Of a stretch of DNA of 64,000 bases, positions 26,708 through 35,460 are shown piece after piece (within the stretch, counting starts at the first letter, position 1; every line of letters begins with the position of its first letter). The notes under the pieces were generated by a model, which was given only the letters and a program-made list of their open reading frames with translations, was not told the origin of the DNA and made no database searches. The position numbers and the translations under genes were made by a program. The stretch comes from an uncultured virus (IMG/VR IMGVR_UViG_3300033148_005029) (lineage: Duplodnaviria > Heunggongvirae > Uroviricota > Caudoviricetes). The stretch is from IMG/VR virus record IMGVR_UViG_3300033148_005029. One strand, written 5' to 3'.

Positions 26708-27820
26708 ATGGCAACTGTTTCGACTCTCTACGAGGCGGCCACCGGCATCGAGGTCGGCAAGGTCGATGAGGGCGACGGTCTCCGGCAGAAGACGTGGCTC
26801 GACGAGCTGTCTCGCTGGGCGATGGAGATGGCGACCGAGCGCGGTCTCGGCAGCGCCGGAACCGGAATCCTCGCCAACTTCCCCTCCATCGTCGAGGGGG
26901 CGGTCCCGTACATGGGCTCGAAGGCCATCGGCGAGACCTATTCGGCTCCGGCCTTCTTCGGCTGGGAGCTGTACGAGGCGTCGCAGCAGAGCGGTTCGCT
27001 CGGCACCGGCGACGCGGCGATTCTGGAGTGGGGCGACGTCGTGCTCGCGGAGCCGGACCCGACGCATCAGGACTTCTACAACGCCACGACCGATCCCGAC
27101 GACGCGGTCAACCCGCTCGGTGCGACGGCTCCGGCCTTCCTGCAGACCGTCGTCGACGCCTGGAACCTCACCGGTCTCCTGACGCTGACCATCGTGGTCA
27201 ACGGCGCGACGCACGCCATCCCGGTCACGACGGCCAACGCTGCTGCGGTCACTGCGGAGGAGCTGCAGGAGTCGATCCTCGCGGCAGGCGCTCCGGTGAA
27301 CTGCTTCCTCGAAGGCGGCGACACGATCCGCCTCATGGCGATCGGCAACGGCGTCAGCAGGAACATCATGGCGGTCAACGCGAGTGCCGCGACCGTTCTC
27401 TTCACGGGTGCTGGTCAGTCTTCGCAGCCGGGCGTCATGTACTACGGTACCGGCGGCCCCCTCGGGCAGATGGACAACACCAGCAACGTCGTCGGCGCCA
27501 AGCCGCAGCGGCGCATCCTGCCGGGGTCCATCAGCATCGACATCACGATGGGCGGCGAGGTCGTCGTCGTCACGGACAGCACCATCACGACCGGTAACAC
27601 GGGTGTGCTCGCCGGGCAGAACGCGGCCGGCACCGCGACCGTCAACGGCACCATCAACTACGTGACTGGTCTCATCAGCGTCACGACCGTGGGTGATGCG
27701 GCCGACGCTGCGACGAACCTCGTCGCTTCGTGGCGGGCTCTCGTGCCGATCAACCTGCACGAGCCTGTTCGGCGTTCGCCGGCAGGTCGTCACTACGCGC
27801 TGCTGCTCGCGAGCGCGTAG
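26708..27820 (+). CDS. Virion structural or decoration protein sharing domains with the capsid and sheath insertions
   Basis: RBS GGAGGAG; ILPGSISI..GTINYVTGLISVT resembles the MCP insert, and LTIVVNG..AAVTAEEL resembles the sheath insert. Confidence 0.7.
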   Translation: MATVSTLYEAATGIEVGKVDEGDGLRQKTWLDELSRWAMEMATERGLGSAGTGILANFPSIVEGAVPYMGSKAIGETYSAPAFFGWELYEASQQSGSLGTGDAAILEWGDVVLAEPDPTHQDFYNATTDPDDAVNPLGATAPAFLQTVVDAWNLTGLLTLTIVVNGATHAIPVTTANAAAVTAEELQESILAAGAPVNCFLEGGDTIRLMAIGNGVSRNIMAVNASAATVLFTGAGQSSQPGVMYYGTGGPLGQMDNTSNVVGAKPQRRILPGSISIDITMGGEVVVVTDSTITTGNTGVLAGQNAAGTATVNGTINYVTGLISVTTVGDAADAATNLVASWRALVPINLHEPVRRSPAGRHYALLLASA

Positions 27821-27835
27821 GCGAAGGAGACTGAC

Positions 27836-28222
27836 ATGGGCGTTCGGCGTATTCTTCAGCGGTTTGTCGGCAGCGGCTCGGCACGCATCGAAGAGTGCGT
27901 CGATCAGCTCATTGACGGGCACTGGACGGTTGACGACCTCATCGAAACCTGTGTCGACGAGGTCTCAACCGCTTCTTCTGCAGGCTCCGGGCTCGACCGT
28001 GGGCTCGGGGGAGATCGCATAGGGGCGGGCGCACAGCCGCCGCTCACGACGAAGAAGCGTAAACGGGAGCAGAATGAACGACTGCTTCAGCGCTTCGAGG
28101 AATGGAGACGACGCAAGGGTTCAGGGAGCATCAGTGCTTTCCTTGAGGACTATGCGCCCGACCTTACACCGCCACAGCTGCGTCACTTTCGGCGGGTTGT
28201 GTTGAGGGGACTGGCAGGATGA
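27836..28222 (+). CDS. Hypothetical protein
   Basis: RBS GAAGGAG; coupled to the next ORF. Confidence 0.6.
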   Translation: MGVRRILQRFVGSGSARIEECVDQLIDGHWTVDDLIETCVDEVSTASSAGSGLDRGLGGDRIGAGAQPPLTTKKRKREQNERLLQRFEEWRRRKGSGSISAFLEDYAPDLTPPQLRHFRRVVLRGLAG

Positions 28223-28674
28223 TCGGCCGACGCGCGGCACGACCGGCGACTGCGTTCATCGACCCGAAGGCGAAGAGCCAAGGTCGCCGACCGCATCAGA
28301 GGCATGAAGGGGTGTATCTTTTCAAGCGTGCTGCGCACGACACGACCATCGACATGTACGAGCCTCCGACGGCGGACGGCTTTGTCGAGAGCTACGTGCT
28401 GGAGCACTTCGACGCGGAGCTGCTTCTGGCGATCGTGCTCAAGCTGACAGAGCAAGAGATCATCGACTTGATGGACCGCTTGTACAACTTCCGCGCGGTC
28501 ACGTTCAACACGCGGACACGGGCTATCGTCGTGCGACGTGACACGTGGGCGCGGCCCCACAACGAGGACTTGCTCGCTCTGCCTCCGGTTGACGTGTCGG
28601 AGCGTCTCGATCGGTCGCTTACCGGACTTGTGAGTCACATGCAGGCGCTCGCGCCACAGAAGGAGACAGCGTGA
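28219..28674 (+). CDS. Hypothetical protein
   Basis: ATGA and GTGA overlaps with the two neighbouring genes. Confidence 0.6.
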   Translation: MIGRRAARPATAFIDPKAKSQGRRPHQRHEGVYLFKRAAHDTTIDMYEPPTADGFVESYVLEHFDAELLLAIVLKLTEQEIIDLMDRLYNFRAVTFNTRTRAIVVRRDTWARPHNEDLLALPPVDVSERLDRSLTGLVSHMQALAPQKETA

Positions 28675-31298
28675 TGCAGGTGCTCGACGGTCGCAACCTC
28701 TACGAGAACGGGACGAGCCTCGGGCTGCTTCAGCTCGAAGAGGGTCAGCGCTCCAACAAGATGATCATCATCGAGCGCTTCTCGGGCGAGTGGTGCGATC
28801 TCAAGCAGGTCGAGCTGACGGAGATGGACCGGACGAACGCGTCGCAGCTCTTCGAGGCCGGCGGAAACAAGGCCCCTCGCATCCTCATGGCGATGGAGGG
28901 GCGTTTTCAGGCGTCGGACATGAAGAACGCGAACGGGCGGATCTACCCCGGGACCATCTGGGAGAAGATCATTCCGAACGCCGGCACGTCGCCGGTACTC
29001 GGCCGCATCGCTCGCGGGGAGATGCTCGGCGAGGTCGATCACCCCGGCGACGGGCAGACGCTGCTCAAGCGCGTCGGGTGCATGACGACGAACATCCTGC
29101 GCGAAGGCAGCGACGTCCGCGGGCGGATGATCGTGTTCGACACCGCGGTCGGCCGGGATGTGAAGGCCATCGTTGAGGGCGGCGGACGTGTTGGCGTCAG
29201 CTCGCGGGGACAGGGGAGCGTCGTCCGGCTCGAAGGTACGGACGTCGTGCAGGACGATTACCAGCTCGAAACGTGGGATGTCGTCCACAATCCGAGCACG
29301 CCGGGAGCCTACCCGGACATCACGATACAGGAGAGCGCGGCGCCGTCGCAGCCGCAACAGGAGGAGCGGATGGGCATGCTGGCGGACCTCCGGGAGCGGT
29401 TCGAGAGGCTGAAGAAGCATATCGAGGGGCCGGATGCTGACCTCACGGAGAGCGTCTTCACGATCCTCAACGACGAAGCGAAGGGGATGGCGACGGAGCT
29501 GACGGAGGGCAAGTTCGGGGGCTCGCCCGCGGAGGTCGCCGCCATCGCTGCCGACGTGCAGTATTTCCTCAACCGCATCGGGCAGCTGCGCGCGAACCCG
29601 ATCAAGGGCATCCCGCTCGGCGAGGAGGACGACCCGCTGCCGACGGCCGCCGCGACGGGCGGAACGGTGCAGCTCGCGGAGAGAGACTACAAGGGCGACC
29701 CGAAGGCGTACGCGAAGGCGATGGGAAAGGCGCAGAAGAGGGCGGGCATCAAGACGCTGAGCACCGACGTGAGCACCGGGCCATTCTCGGACGCTCGGTC
29801 GAACGCTATTTGGGACGCGCGGATGGAACTGGAGGATGTGCTTGGTCTATGGCACCCGATCACGAAGAAACTCAGGGTGATCTACGACGCCTTGAAGATG
29901 CAAGGCGGTTCGTCCTCGAAGAAGGAAAAGGCGCTGAAGGATTTGGCGCGACTCCGTGATAGTGCACAGCGTGCTGATGGCGACGAGGGTAAGGTTTACT
30001 CTGCTCTCCGTGATGCCTACCGCCGGGCTCGCGCGTCGATGTACAACGAGGCTCGCATGGGGGCTCACGCGGGGCAGAACGAGCCGGGGCGGGACTGGGA
30101 TGACGCAGGTGACGTCGAGGACGTCCGCGCCCGCTTCAAGGGCAAGCCGAAGCGTACGCCCGGTCGCCACAAGGCGGACAAGGCGCTCGTGAAGGGCGCA
30201 GCGAAGCAGCTTGCTCGGTACAACGAGAACGACGACGACGATGACGATACGGAAGAGGAGTGCAACGAGACTTTCCAGCGTGCAACGACCGCGGGTGAGA
30301 CGGTCGAGGTTCTGGAGAACGTCGCCGGCCTGCGCGAGAAGGCGCTGACCGTGCCGATGACCCGCTTCGTTCATGAGGCGCGCAAGGCGTACCGGGACGC
30401 GGCGCAGGTCGATGGCATGATCCATCGGCACGAGCTGGACGGCATCTCTTCCTTCGTGCGGGACACCTACGAAGCGGTCGAGAAGGACGAGATCACGGAG
30501 ACGATGGAGACGCCCGCCGGACGGCGGCGCTTGGAGATCATCGTTCCCAACGCGGGCAAGCTCGACGAGAACACGAAGCAGCTGGTGGCCCCCATCGGCG
30601 GACTCACGCAGACGGCGCCGGGCCGCTACCACACCTCGGTGCCCATCGACAAGGTCAGCGACGTGCTGGAGAGCCTTGCGCGTGGGGGCATGTCTCTCGT
30701 GTACACCGAGTCGACCGAGGCTTTCGACGACGCGGCGGAGCGCTTTCAGCCGCTGCTCGACAGGCAGATGAGCCTCACGCAGGCAGCGCTCACCGAAGCA
30801 GCGACGGGTAAGGCGTGGGTCACGGAGATGTCCGCGATCATCGCCAACGTGAAGCAGGCGATGCAGATGCTCACGGAGAAGGCTCGCGAGCGCGGTGCGG
30901 CGCTGCAGGAGACGGAGAAGAAGGTCAGCGCAGCTACGGCTCTCATCGAAGCGTTCGCTCGTGAGTTCGGCGTTGAGCGGGTTCGCGGTGCGGTGCAGGC
31001 GGTCGCTCAGCTTCATCCGAGCGCCAACGCGCTGCCGGAGAAGCTCTCGGAGGCCCGTAGCGTCGAGGACTGTGTCAGGCTGACACGTGGGGAGGTGTAC
31101 CTGGAGAACCTGCCCATCGTCGAGCGGAACGAGACGCGCATCACGGAAGCGGTGCAGACGTCTCAGCGCGCGAGACAGAAGCGCATCGAGGAGAGCGCGA
31201 AGAAGCCCGGAGCGGGCAGCTTCAAGCGCAGCATCGTCGAGACGACCGAGCAGGTTGTCGGAGCGATGGACAAGAAGTACGGCCGGAAGGATCGGTAA
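28671..31298 (+). CDS. Prohead maturation protease (T4 gp21-like) fused to a long scaffold/core-like region
   Basis: EGRFQASDMKNANGRIYP, GEVDHP (His), VGVSSRGQGS (Ser) and WDVVHNPSTPGAY (Asp); C-terminal coiled coil; lies directly upstream of the MCP. Confidence 0.92.
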   Translation: MMQVLDGRNLYENGTSLGLLQLEEGQRSNKMIIIERFSGEWCDLKQVELTEMDRTNASQLFEAGGNKAPRILMAMEGRFQASDMKNANGRIYPGTIWEKIIPNAGTSPVLGRIARGEMLGEVDHPGDGQTLLKRVGCMTTNILREGSDVRGRMIVFDTAVGRDVKAIVEGGGRVGVSSRGQGSVVRLEGTDVVQDDYQLETWDVVHNPSTPGAYPDITIQESAAPSQPQQEERMGMLADLRERFERLKKHIEGPDADLTESVFTILNDEAKGMATELTEGKFGGSPAEVAAIAADVQYFLNRIGQLRANPIKGIPLGEEDDPLPTAAATGGTVQLAERDYKGDPKAYAKAMGKAQKRAGIKTLSTDVSTGPFSDARSNAIWDARMELEDVLGLWHPITKKLRVIYDALKMQGGSSSKKEKALKDLARLRDSAQRADGDEGKVYSALRDAYRRARASMYNEARMGAHAGQNEPGRDWDDAGDVEDVRARFKGKPKRTPGRHKADKALVKGAAKQLARYNENDDDDDDTEEECNETFQRATTAGETVEVLENVAGLREKALTVPMTRFVHEARKAYRDAAQVDGMIHRHELDGISSFVRDTYEAVEKDEITETMETPAGRRRLEIIVPNAGKLDENTKQLVAPIGGLTQTAPGRYHTSVPIDKVSDVLESLARGGMSLVYTESTEAFDDAAERFQPLLDRQMSLTQAALTEAATGKAWVTEMSAIIANVKQAMQMLTEKARERGAALQETEKKVSAATALIEAFAREFGVERVRGAVQAVAQLHPSANALPEKLSEARSVEDCVRLTRGEVYLENLPIVERNETRITEAVQTSQRARQKRIEESAKKPGAGSFKRSIVETTEQVVGAMDKKYGRKDR

Positions 31299-31343
31299 CG
31301 CAGGCGCGTAAGCGCTCAACTTGAGATAGATAGGAGTTGCAAC

Positions 31344-32735
31344 ATGGGTGACAACCCGTACGCCACGATGGAGGACGTCGTTGCGAAGGGGGAGATGCTT
31401 GCCGAGAGCAAGTGGGCTCCGCTCGTCAAGGGGCTCGAAGGGCTCGACAAGGCGCACACGGCGGTGCTGCTGGAGAACACCGCGAGGTGGGTCAACAGCA
31501 TCGACGAGACCACGCGCGCTGTCAACGTGGGCAACTTCGACCGCTTCGCCTTCCCGCTCGTCCGCGCCGTCGTCCCGAGTCTCGTCTCGCAGGATCTCGT
31601 CAGCGTCCAGCCGATGGACGGACCTGTCGGGCTCATCTTCTACTTCGACCTGATCTACGGGTCCAACAAGGGCCGCATCCGCGCCGGCACCCCCGTCTTC
31701 AGCTCGCTGACGGGACACCCCGGTGACGATTTCTACAGCTCGCCGCGGATCGAGGAGGAGGCCATTGCCACGGGCAACGGCGCCACCGCGAACTACACCG
31801 GCACGCTCGACTACACCCCGTGTGTCCCCGGAACGCTGCAGATCACTGACGGCGCGCTCAGTGCGCAGGACGACGGTCAGGGCAACCTGATCGGCGACAT
31901 CGTCGCTGGCGGCGTGAACACCGTCAACTACAGCACGGGCGCCTTCGATGTCACCTTCTCGGCGAACATCGCGGCCAACAACCCGATCGTCGCGAACTAC
32001 GAGTACGACAACGAAGCGAACAGCCAGGTTCCCGAGATCGACTTCCAGCTGACGTCGGCCCCGGTCGTCGCCAAGATTTTCAAGCTCCGCACCCGCTACA
32101 GCCTGGAGGCTGCTCAGAACCTCCGCGCGCTGCACGGGCTCTCCGCGGAGACCGAGCTGGTCGTCGCGCTCGCGCAGGATCTCCGCTTCGAGATCGACCG
32201 TACCATCATCAAGGAAGTCAACCAGTTCGCGCAGGCCACCTCGGTCAGCTGGCCCCTCACCCCGTCGGCGGGCGTGTCGTGGACGGAGCACAAGCTCAGC
32301 TTCGTCGACAAGCTCATCGAGGGCTCGAACAACGTGTTCGAGCTGACGCGGCGCGGCAACCCGAACTGGTGCGTGGTCGGGCTCAAGGTCTCCAACGTCA
32401 TCGAGAGCCTCCCCGGCTTCAAGCCCTCGGGCGCGATGTCGAACCCGGTCGGCGTCATCTACGCGGGTGACCTCAACGGCCGGTGGAGGATCTACAAGGA
32501 TCCGTACAACATCGACGGCACCGCGACGCAGCGCAACTTCCTCATCGGCTACAAGGGCTCGACGTTCCTGGAGGCCGGCTTCGTGTACGCGCCCTACATC
32601 CCGTTCTACACGACGCCGACCGTCATCCTCGACGACTTCCTCGCGAGGAAGGGCATGGCGACGCAGTGGGCGCGCCGGAAGGTCAACGGGCGCTTCTACT
32701 GCCGCGGCACCGTCTCCGGCAACTTCGCCCCGTAG
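31344..32735 (+). CDS. Major capsid protein (T4 gp23-like)
   Basis: KWAPL..TAVLLEN, PLVRAVVP.LV..DLVSVQPMDGPVGLIFY, LRTRYSLEAAQNLRALHG, EIDRTII and LIGYKG..AGFVYAPYIP. Confidence 0.96.
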   Translation: MGDNPYATMEDVVAKGEMLAESKWAPLVKGLEGLDKAHTAVLLENTARWVNSIDETTRAVNVGNFDRFAFPLVRAVVPSLVSQDLVSVQPMDGPVGLIFYFDLIYGSNKGRIRAGTPVFSSLTGHPGDDFYSSPRIEEEAIATGNGATANYTGTLDYTPCVPGTLQITDGALSAQDDGQGNLIGDIVAGGVNTVNYSTGAFDVTFSANIAANNPIVANYEYDNEANSQVPEIDFQLTSAPVVAKIFKLRTRYSLEAAQNLRALHGLSAETELVVALAQDLRFEIDRTIIKEVNQFAQATSVSWPLTPSAGVSWTEHKLSFVDKLIEGSNNVFELTRRGNPNWCVVGLKVSNVIESLPGFKPSGAMSNPVGVIYAGDLNGRWRIYKDPYNIDGTATQRNFLIGYKGSTFLEAGFVYAPYIPFYTTPTVILDDFLARKGMATQWARRKVNGRFYCRGTVSGNFAP

Positions 32736-32782
32736 TTCGGGGATCGTAGCCCGACGAGAGGTTGGGCACGCTATGCCGATTG

Positions 32783-32821
32783 AAGCCCTCCCGCCCTCTC
32801 TCGGAGGGTCGGAGGGCTTTT
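32783..32821 (+). terminator. Rho-independent terminator after the MCP
   Basis: AAGCCCTCC..CCCTC-tctcg-GAGGG..GGAGGGCTT stem followed by a T run. Confidence 0.75.
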
Positions 32822-32837
32822 CAGTAGGGGACAGACA

Positions 32838-33992
32838 ATGGCGCGTATACGCCGCGCAGACATTGAAGCGCTGCTTAGCAAACCGTCGCCGAAGGCAGCG
32901 GTTTGGGGCTTTCAAGCGAACGCACTTGGGCAAGGGCTCGACTCAGCGCTCGCCGGAAACCATAGCAAACGTCAGAGATGGGTGCGGGGTCTTCTGAAGA
33001 CTTCATCTGCGGACACCTTCACGACCCGGCAGCAGTCCGTATGGTACCGCGGCATACCGCGTAAAACCCACAGGGTAGTGATTATCTCCGAGCTGAACGG
33101 CGCAGACGTCTACCACTACTTTCCGAAGGGCGGAGAGCACGGACCGATTGCTAAGCTCTGGAAGTCCTACGGCGAGGGCACAACGCCTCCGCTTAAGAAG
33201 GGGAAGAAGCACGCGAGGACGAACTCACGTCCGACGATGGAAGCGACAATGAGCGAGCGGCGTAGCGCGAAGGAGCTTCTCGGCGCGACGCACGCTATGA
33301 CGGGCATTTCGTGGTACCACAAGGAAACCGACAAGAAGCTTGCGCATCTATCCTACGCGACGCTCAAGCTCACGGTCATGCCACGCGTGTCCAAGGCGTT
33401 CGAGAAACTCATCCGCGCCGACGCGACGCAGTACAAGAAGGGTCAGGTTCACACGAACCCGAGCGGGCAGTCGACCACGTGGGGCCACGAGCTGAAGGAG
33501 GCGACACCCGATCGGCAGGTTCAACTCATAGAGACGCTCGTCTCTCACCTCGACGAAGCACGGATGAGTAAGTCCGAGTTCGCGAAGGAGTGCCGGCGTC
33601 GTCGGGACCACGGGCTCGTGCTGTCGGGCAACACGTACCCCATCAAGGAAAAGATCAAGGCGCAGGGTGGTATCTGGGATTCTCGTCTGCGGGCGTGGTT
33701 GGTTCCGGACGTCACCGTGATGAACAAGCTCGACAGCTTGATGTCTGGCTCGTCTCGCAGCTCGTCCCGTACTTCTTCGTGGGATGCCAGCGACGCCGCT
33801 GCTACCAGTGTCGCCGCTGGCAGCGGTGCATCTCGCAGCACGATAAAAACTCGTGCTGGAGGTTGCGCAGAATGCGGGGCAAGCCTTCAAGGTCGCGGTC
33901 GCAGCACGTTACGTCACGACTCGTCCGGCCTCCCGGGCTACGTGTGCAGGCGCTGCTCGTCAACTTCAAGCTACGAACTGAGCTTTGCATAG
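32838..33992 (+). CDS. Modular basic protein (about three modules, C-terminal Zn finger)
   Basis: Modules are separated by TMEATMSE and LKEATPDRQVQLIETLVSHLDE; the last module has LSGNTYPIKEKIKAQGGIWD and CAEC..CRRC. Confidence 0.7.
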   Translation: MARIRRADIEALLSKPSPKAAVWGFQANALGQGLDSALAGNHSKRQRWVRGLLKTSSADTFTTRQQSVWYRGIPRKTHRVVIISELNGADVYHYFPKGGEHGPIAKLWKSYGEGTTPPLKKGKKHARTNSRPTMEATMSERRSAKELLGATHAMTGISWYHKETDKKLAHLSYATLKLTVMPRVSKAFEKLIRADATQYKKGQVHTNPSGQSTTWGHELKEATPDRQVQLIETLVSHLDEARMSKSEFAKECRRRRDHGLVLSGNTYPIKEKIKAQGGIWDSRLRAWLVPDVTVMNKLDSLMSGSSRSSSRTSSWDASDAAATSVAAGSGASRSTIKTRAGGCAECGASLQGRGRSTLRHDSSGLPGYVCRRCSSTSSYELSFA

Positions 33993-33998
33993 GAGCTT

Positions 33999-34292
33999 GT
34001 GATGAGCGTCGCCAAAGACTACGAAATGTACCTTCAGGGTAAGGATGGCGACCGTCCGATGAAGGAGTCAACATCCGTGGAGAGCGCGCCCGACCGGCAG
34101 GTTCAGCTCGCAGAAGCACTCGTCGAGCATTTCACGCATTTCGACGAGGCGCGCAAGCCGAAGCCGAAGAAGAAGAAGCCGTTCGCGAAGTGCATGGAGT
34201 GCGGTCGCGGCTTTGCGTCTGTGCGGGCGGCGGAGCGGGCGATGTCTGTAGGTTGTCCGGGCTGCGGTGGGTCTGACATCGACATGGCGTAG
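33999..34292 (+). CDS. Small Zn-ribbon protein
   Basis: RBS AGGAG; CMECG..CPGCGGSD follows the PDRQVQL..DEAR linker. Confidence 0.7.
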   Translation: MMSVAKDYEMYLQGKDGDRPMKESTSVESAPDRQVQLAEALVEHFTHFDEARKPKPKKKKPFAKCMECGRGFASVRAAERAMSVGCPGCGGSDIDMA

Positions 34293-34301
34293 GAGAACAC
34301 G

Positions 34302-34646
34302 ATGGATCGGCAGAGTCGTCTTGCATCTTACCTCCGCGAGTCGCGGCAGCCGCAGCAGCCGGTCGAGGAGGCGAAAGATCCGAACGACGTCGCCGTTCGG
34401 ATGCTGCAGAACCCGAAGAGGCCGCTCGATCTGATCCGAAAGCGGCTGTCCGCGCTGGAGAAGGCGTTCAAGGCTCGGGCGCAGGAGTTGGAGGGGCTCA
34501 AGAAGCTCGGGTCGGCCAACATCTCAGCTCCTGACCTTTTGGGCCGTATCGAAGCGGAGGAGCTGTACGACCTGGGCGTTGCGGTGAAGGACATGGAGTA
34601 CGGCGTGTCGCAAGTGCTCAGCGCTGCGCGGCGCAGTAGAGGATAG
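34302..34646 (+). CDS. Small helical protein, putative internal head protein
   Basis: RBS AGGAG; leader MDRQSRLASYLRE. Confidence 0.65.
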   Translation: MDRQSRLASYLRESRQPQQPVEEAKDPNDVAVRMLQNPKRPLDLIRKRLSALEKAFKARAQELEGLKKLGSANISAPDLLGRIEAEELYDLGVAVKDMEYGVSQVLSAARRSRG

Positions 34647-34662
34647 GGGGAGTCCTCTCCCC

Positions 34663-34710
34663 GGGTGGCTCTCCCGCCTGCCCTTGTCACGGGGAGAGCC
34701 ACCCACCTTT
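34663..34710 (+). terminator. Strong intergenic hairpin (terminator or processing site)
   Basis: 13-bp stem GGGTGGCTCTCCC / GGGAGAGCCACCC with a short T tail. Confidence 0.55.
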
Positions 34711-34726
34711 CACGGAGGAGCGAGCG

Positions 34727-35095
34727 ATGTCAGGGATCACGCCGGATAAGCCTGTGGCGCGGCCGACGAGCGGGCTTGCGCAGCGCGTCACTGAGCTGGA
34801 GGAGCAGGTCGAGAAGCTGCAGTCTGACGTTGCTCGGCTCGCGAATGCAACCGCGCAGCAGCAGGCGAACATCATCGACCTCGACACGCGCGTTGAGAAG
34901 CTGGAGGGTGCCCCTCCGACACCGATCCCGCCCATCGAGCTGCCGGGCATGGTGAAGTGCGACCACAAACCCTTCAGCTACCCGGACGGGCAGCCTTATG
35001 TCGTACCCGCTCCGTTGGCAGGAACGCGAGCAGCACCGGTGTCGCACCTCTACATGTGCTCCATGTGTGGGGTACTCTACGGGGGGAATGCGTGA
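34727..35095 (+). CDS. Coiled-coil and Cys-containing hypothetical protein
   Basis: RBS GGAGGAG; heptad pattern LAQRVTELEEQVEKLQ; C-terminal CSMC. Confidence 0.65.
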   Translation: MSGITPDKPVARPTSGLAQRVTELEEQVEKLQSDVARLANATAQQQANIIDLDTRVEKLEGAPPTPIPPIELPGMVKCDHKPFSYPDGQPYVVPAPLAGTRAAPVSHLYMCSMCGVLYGGNA

Positions 35096-35358
35096 TGCCG
35101 TTCGTCCCGGTCGAGAGGCTCGTGGAGAAGAAGGCGAGCTATCGCGCGGTCGTTCGCGGACGCGGGGATGGGTTGCAGTCCGCGGACGTGTTCAAGGGTG
35201 ACGTCATTCACGACGGTACGCACGGCTCGCAGGGGGCCGTGCAGGCATGGCTGCTGCGCCACTACCCGAGCGTTGACGTCGAGGATCACTCTCGCTTCGC
35301 GTCGCCCGAGGTTGACGACGATGACGACGGGGAGATGGTCGAGGAGGGATTGGCGTAG
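35095..35358 (+). CDS. Small hypothetical protein
   Basis: TGATG coupling; leader MPFVPVERLVE. Confidence 0.55.
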   Translation: MPFVPVERLVEKKASYRAVVRGRGDGLQSADVFKGDVIHDGTHGSQGAVQAWLLRHYPSVDVEDHSRFASPEVDDDDDGEMVEEGLA

Positions 35359-35460
35359 ACCCGGATACGATTGAGCGTTATCTTCAACCAGGACTTGTGA
35401 CTGTCGAGTAGCAACGTGCGGCCCGTTGGCAGGCAACCGCACACACTCTGAGGAGAGGAC

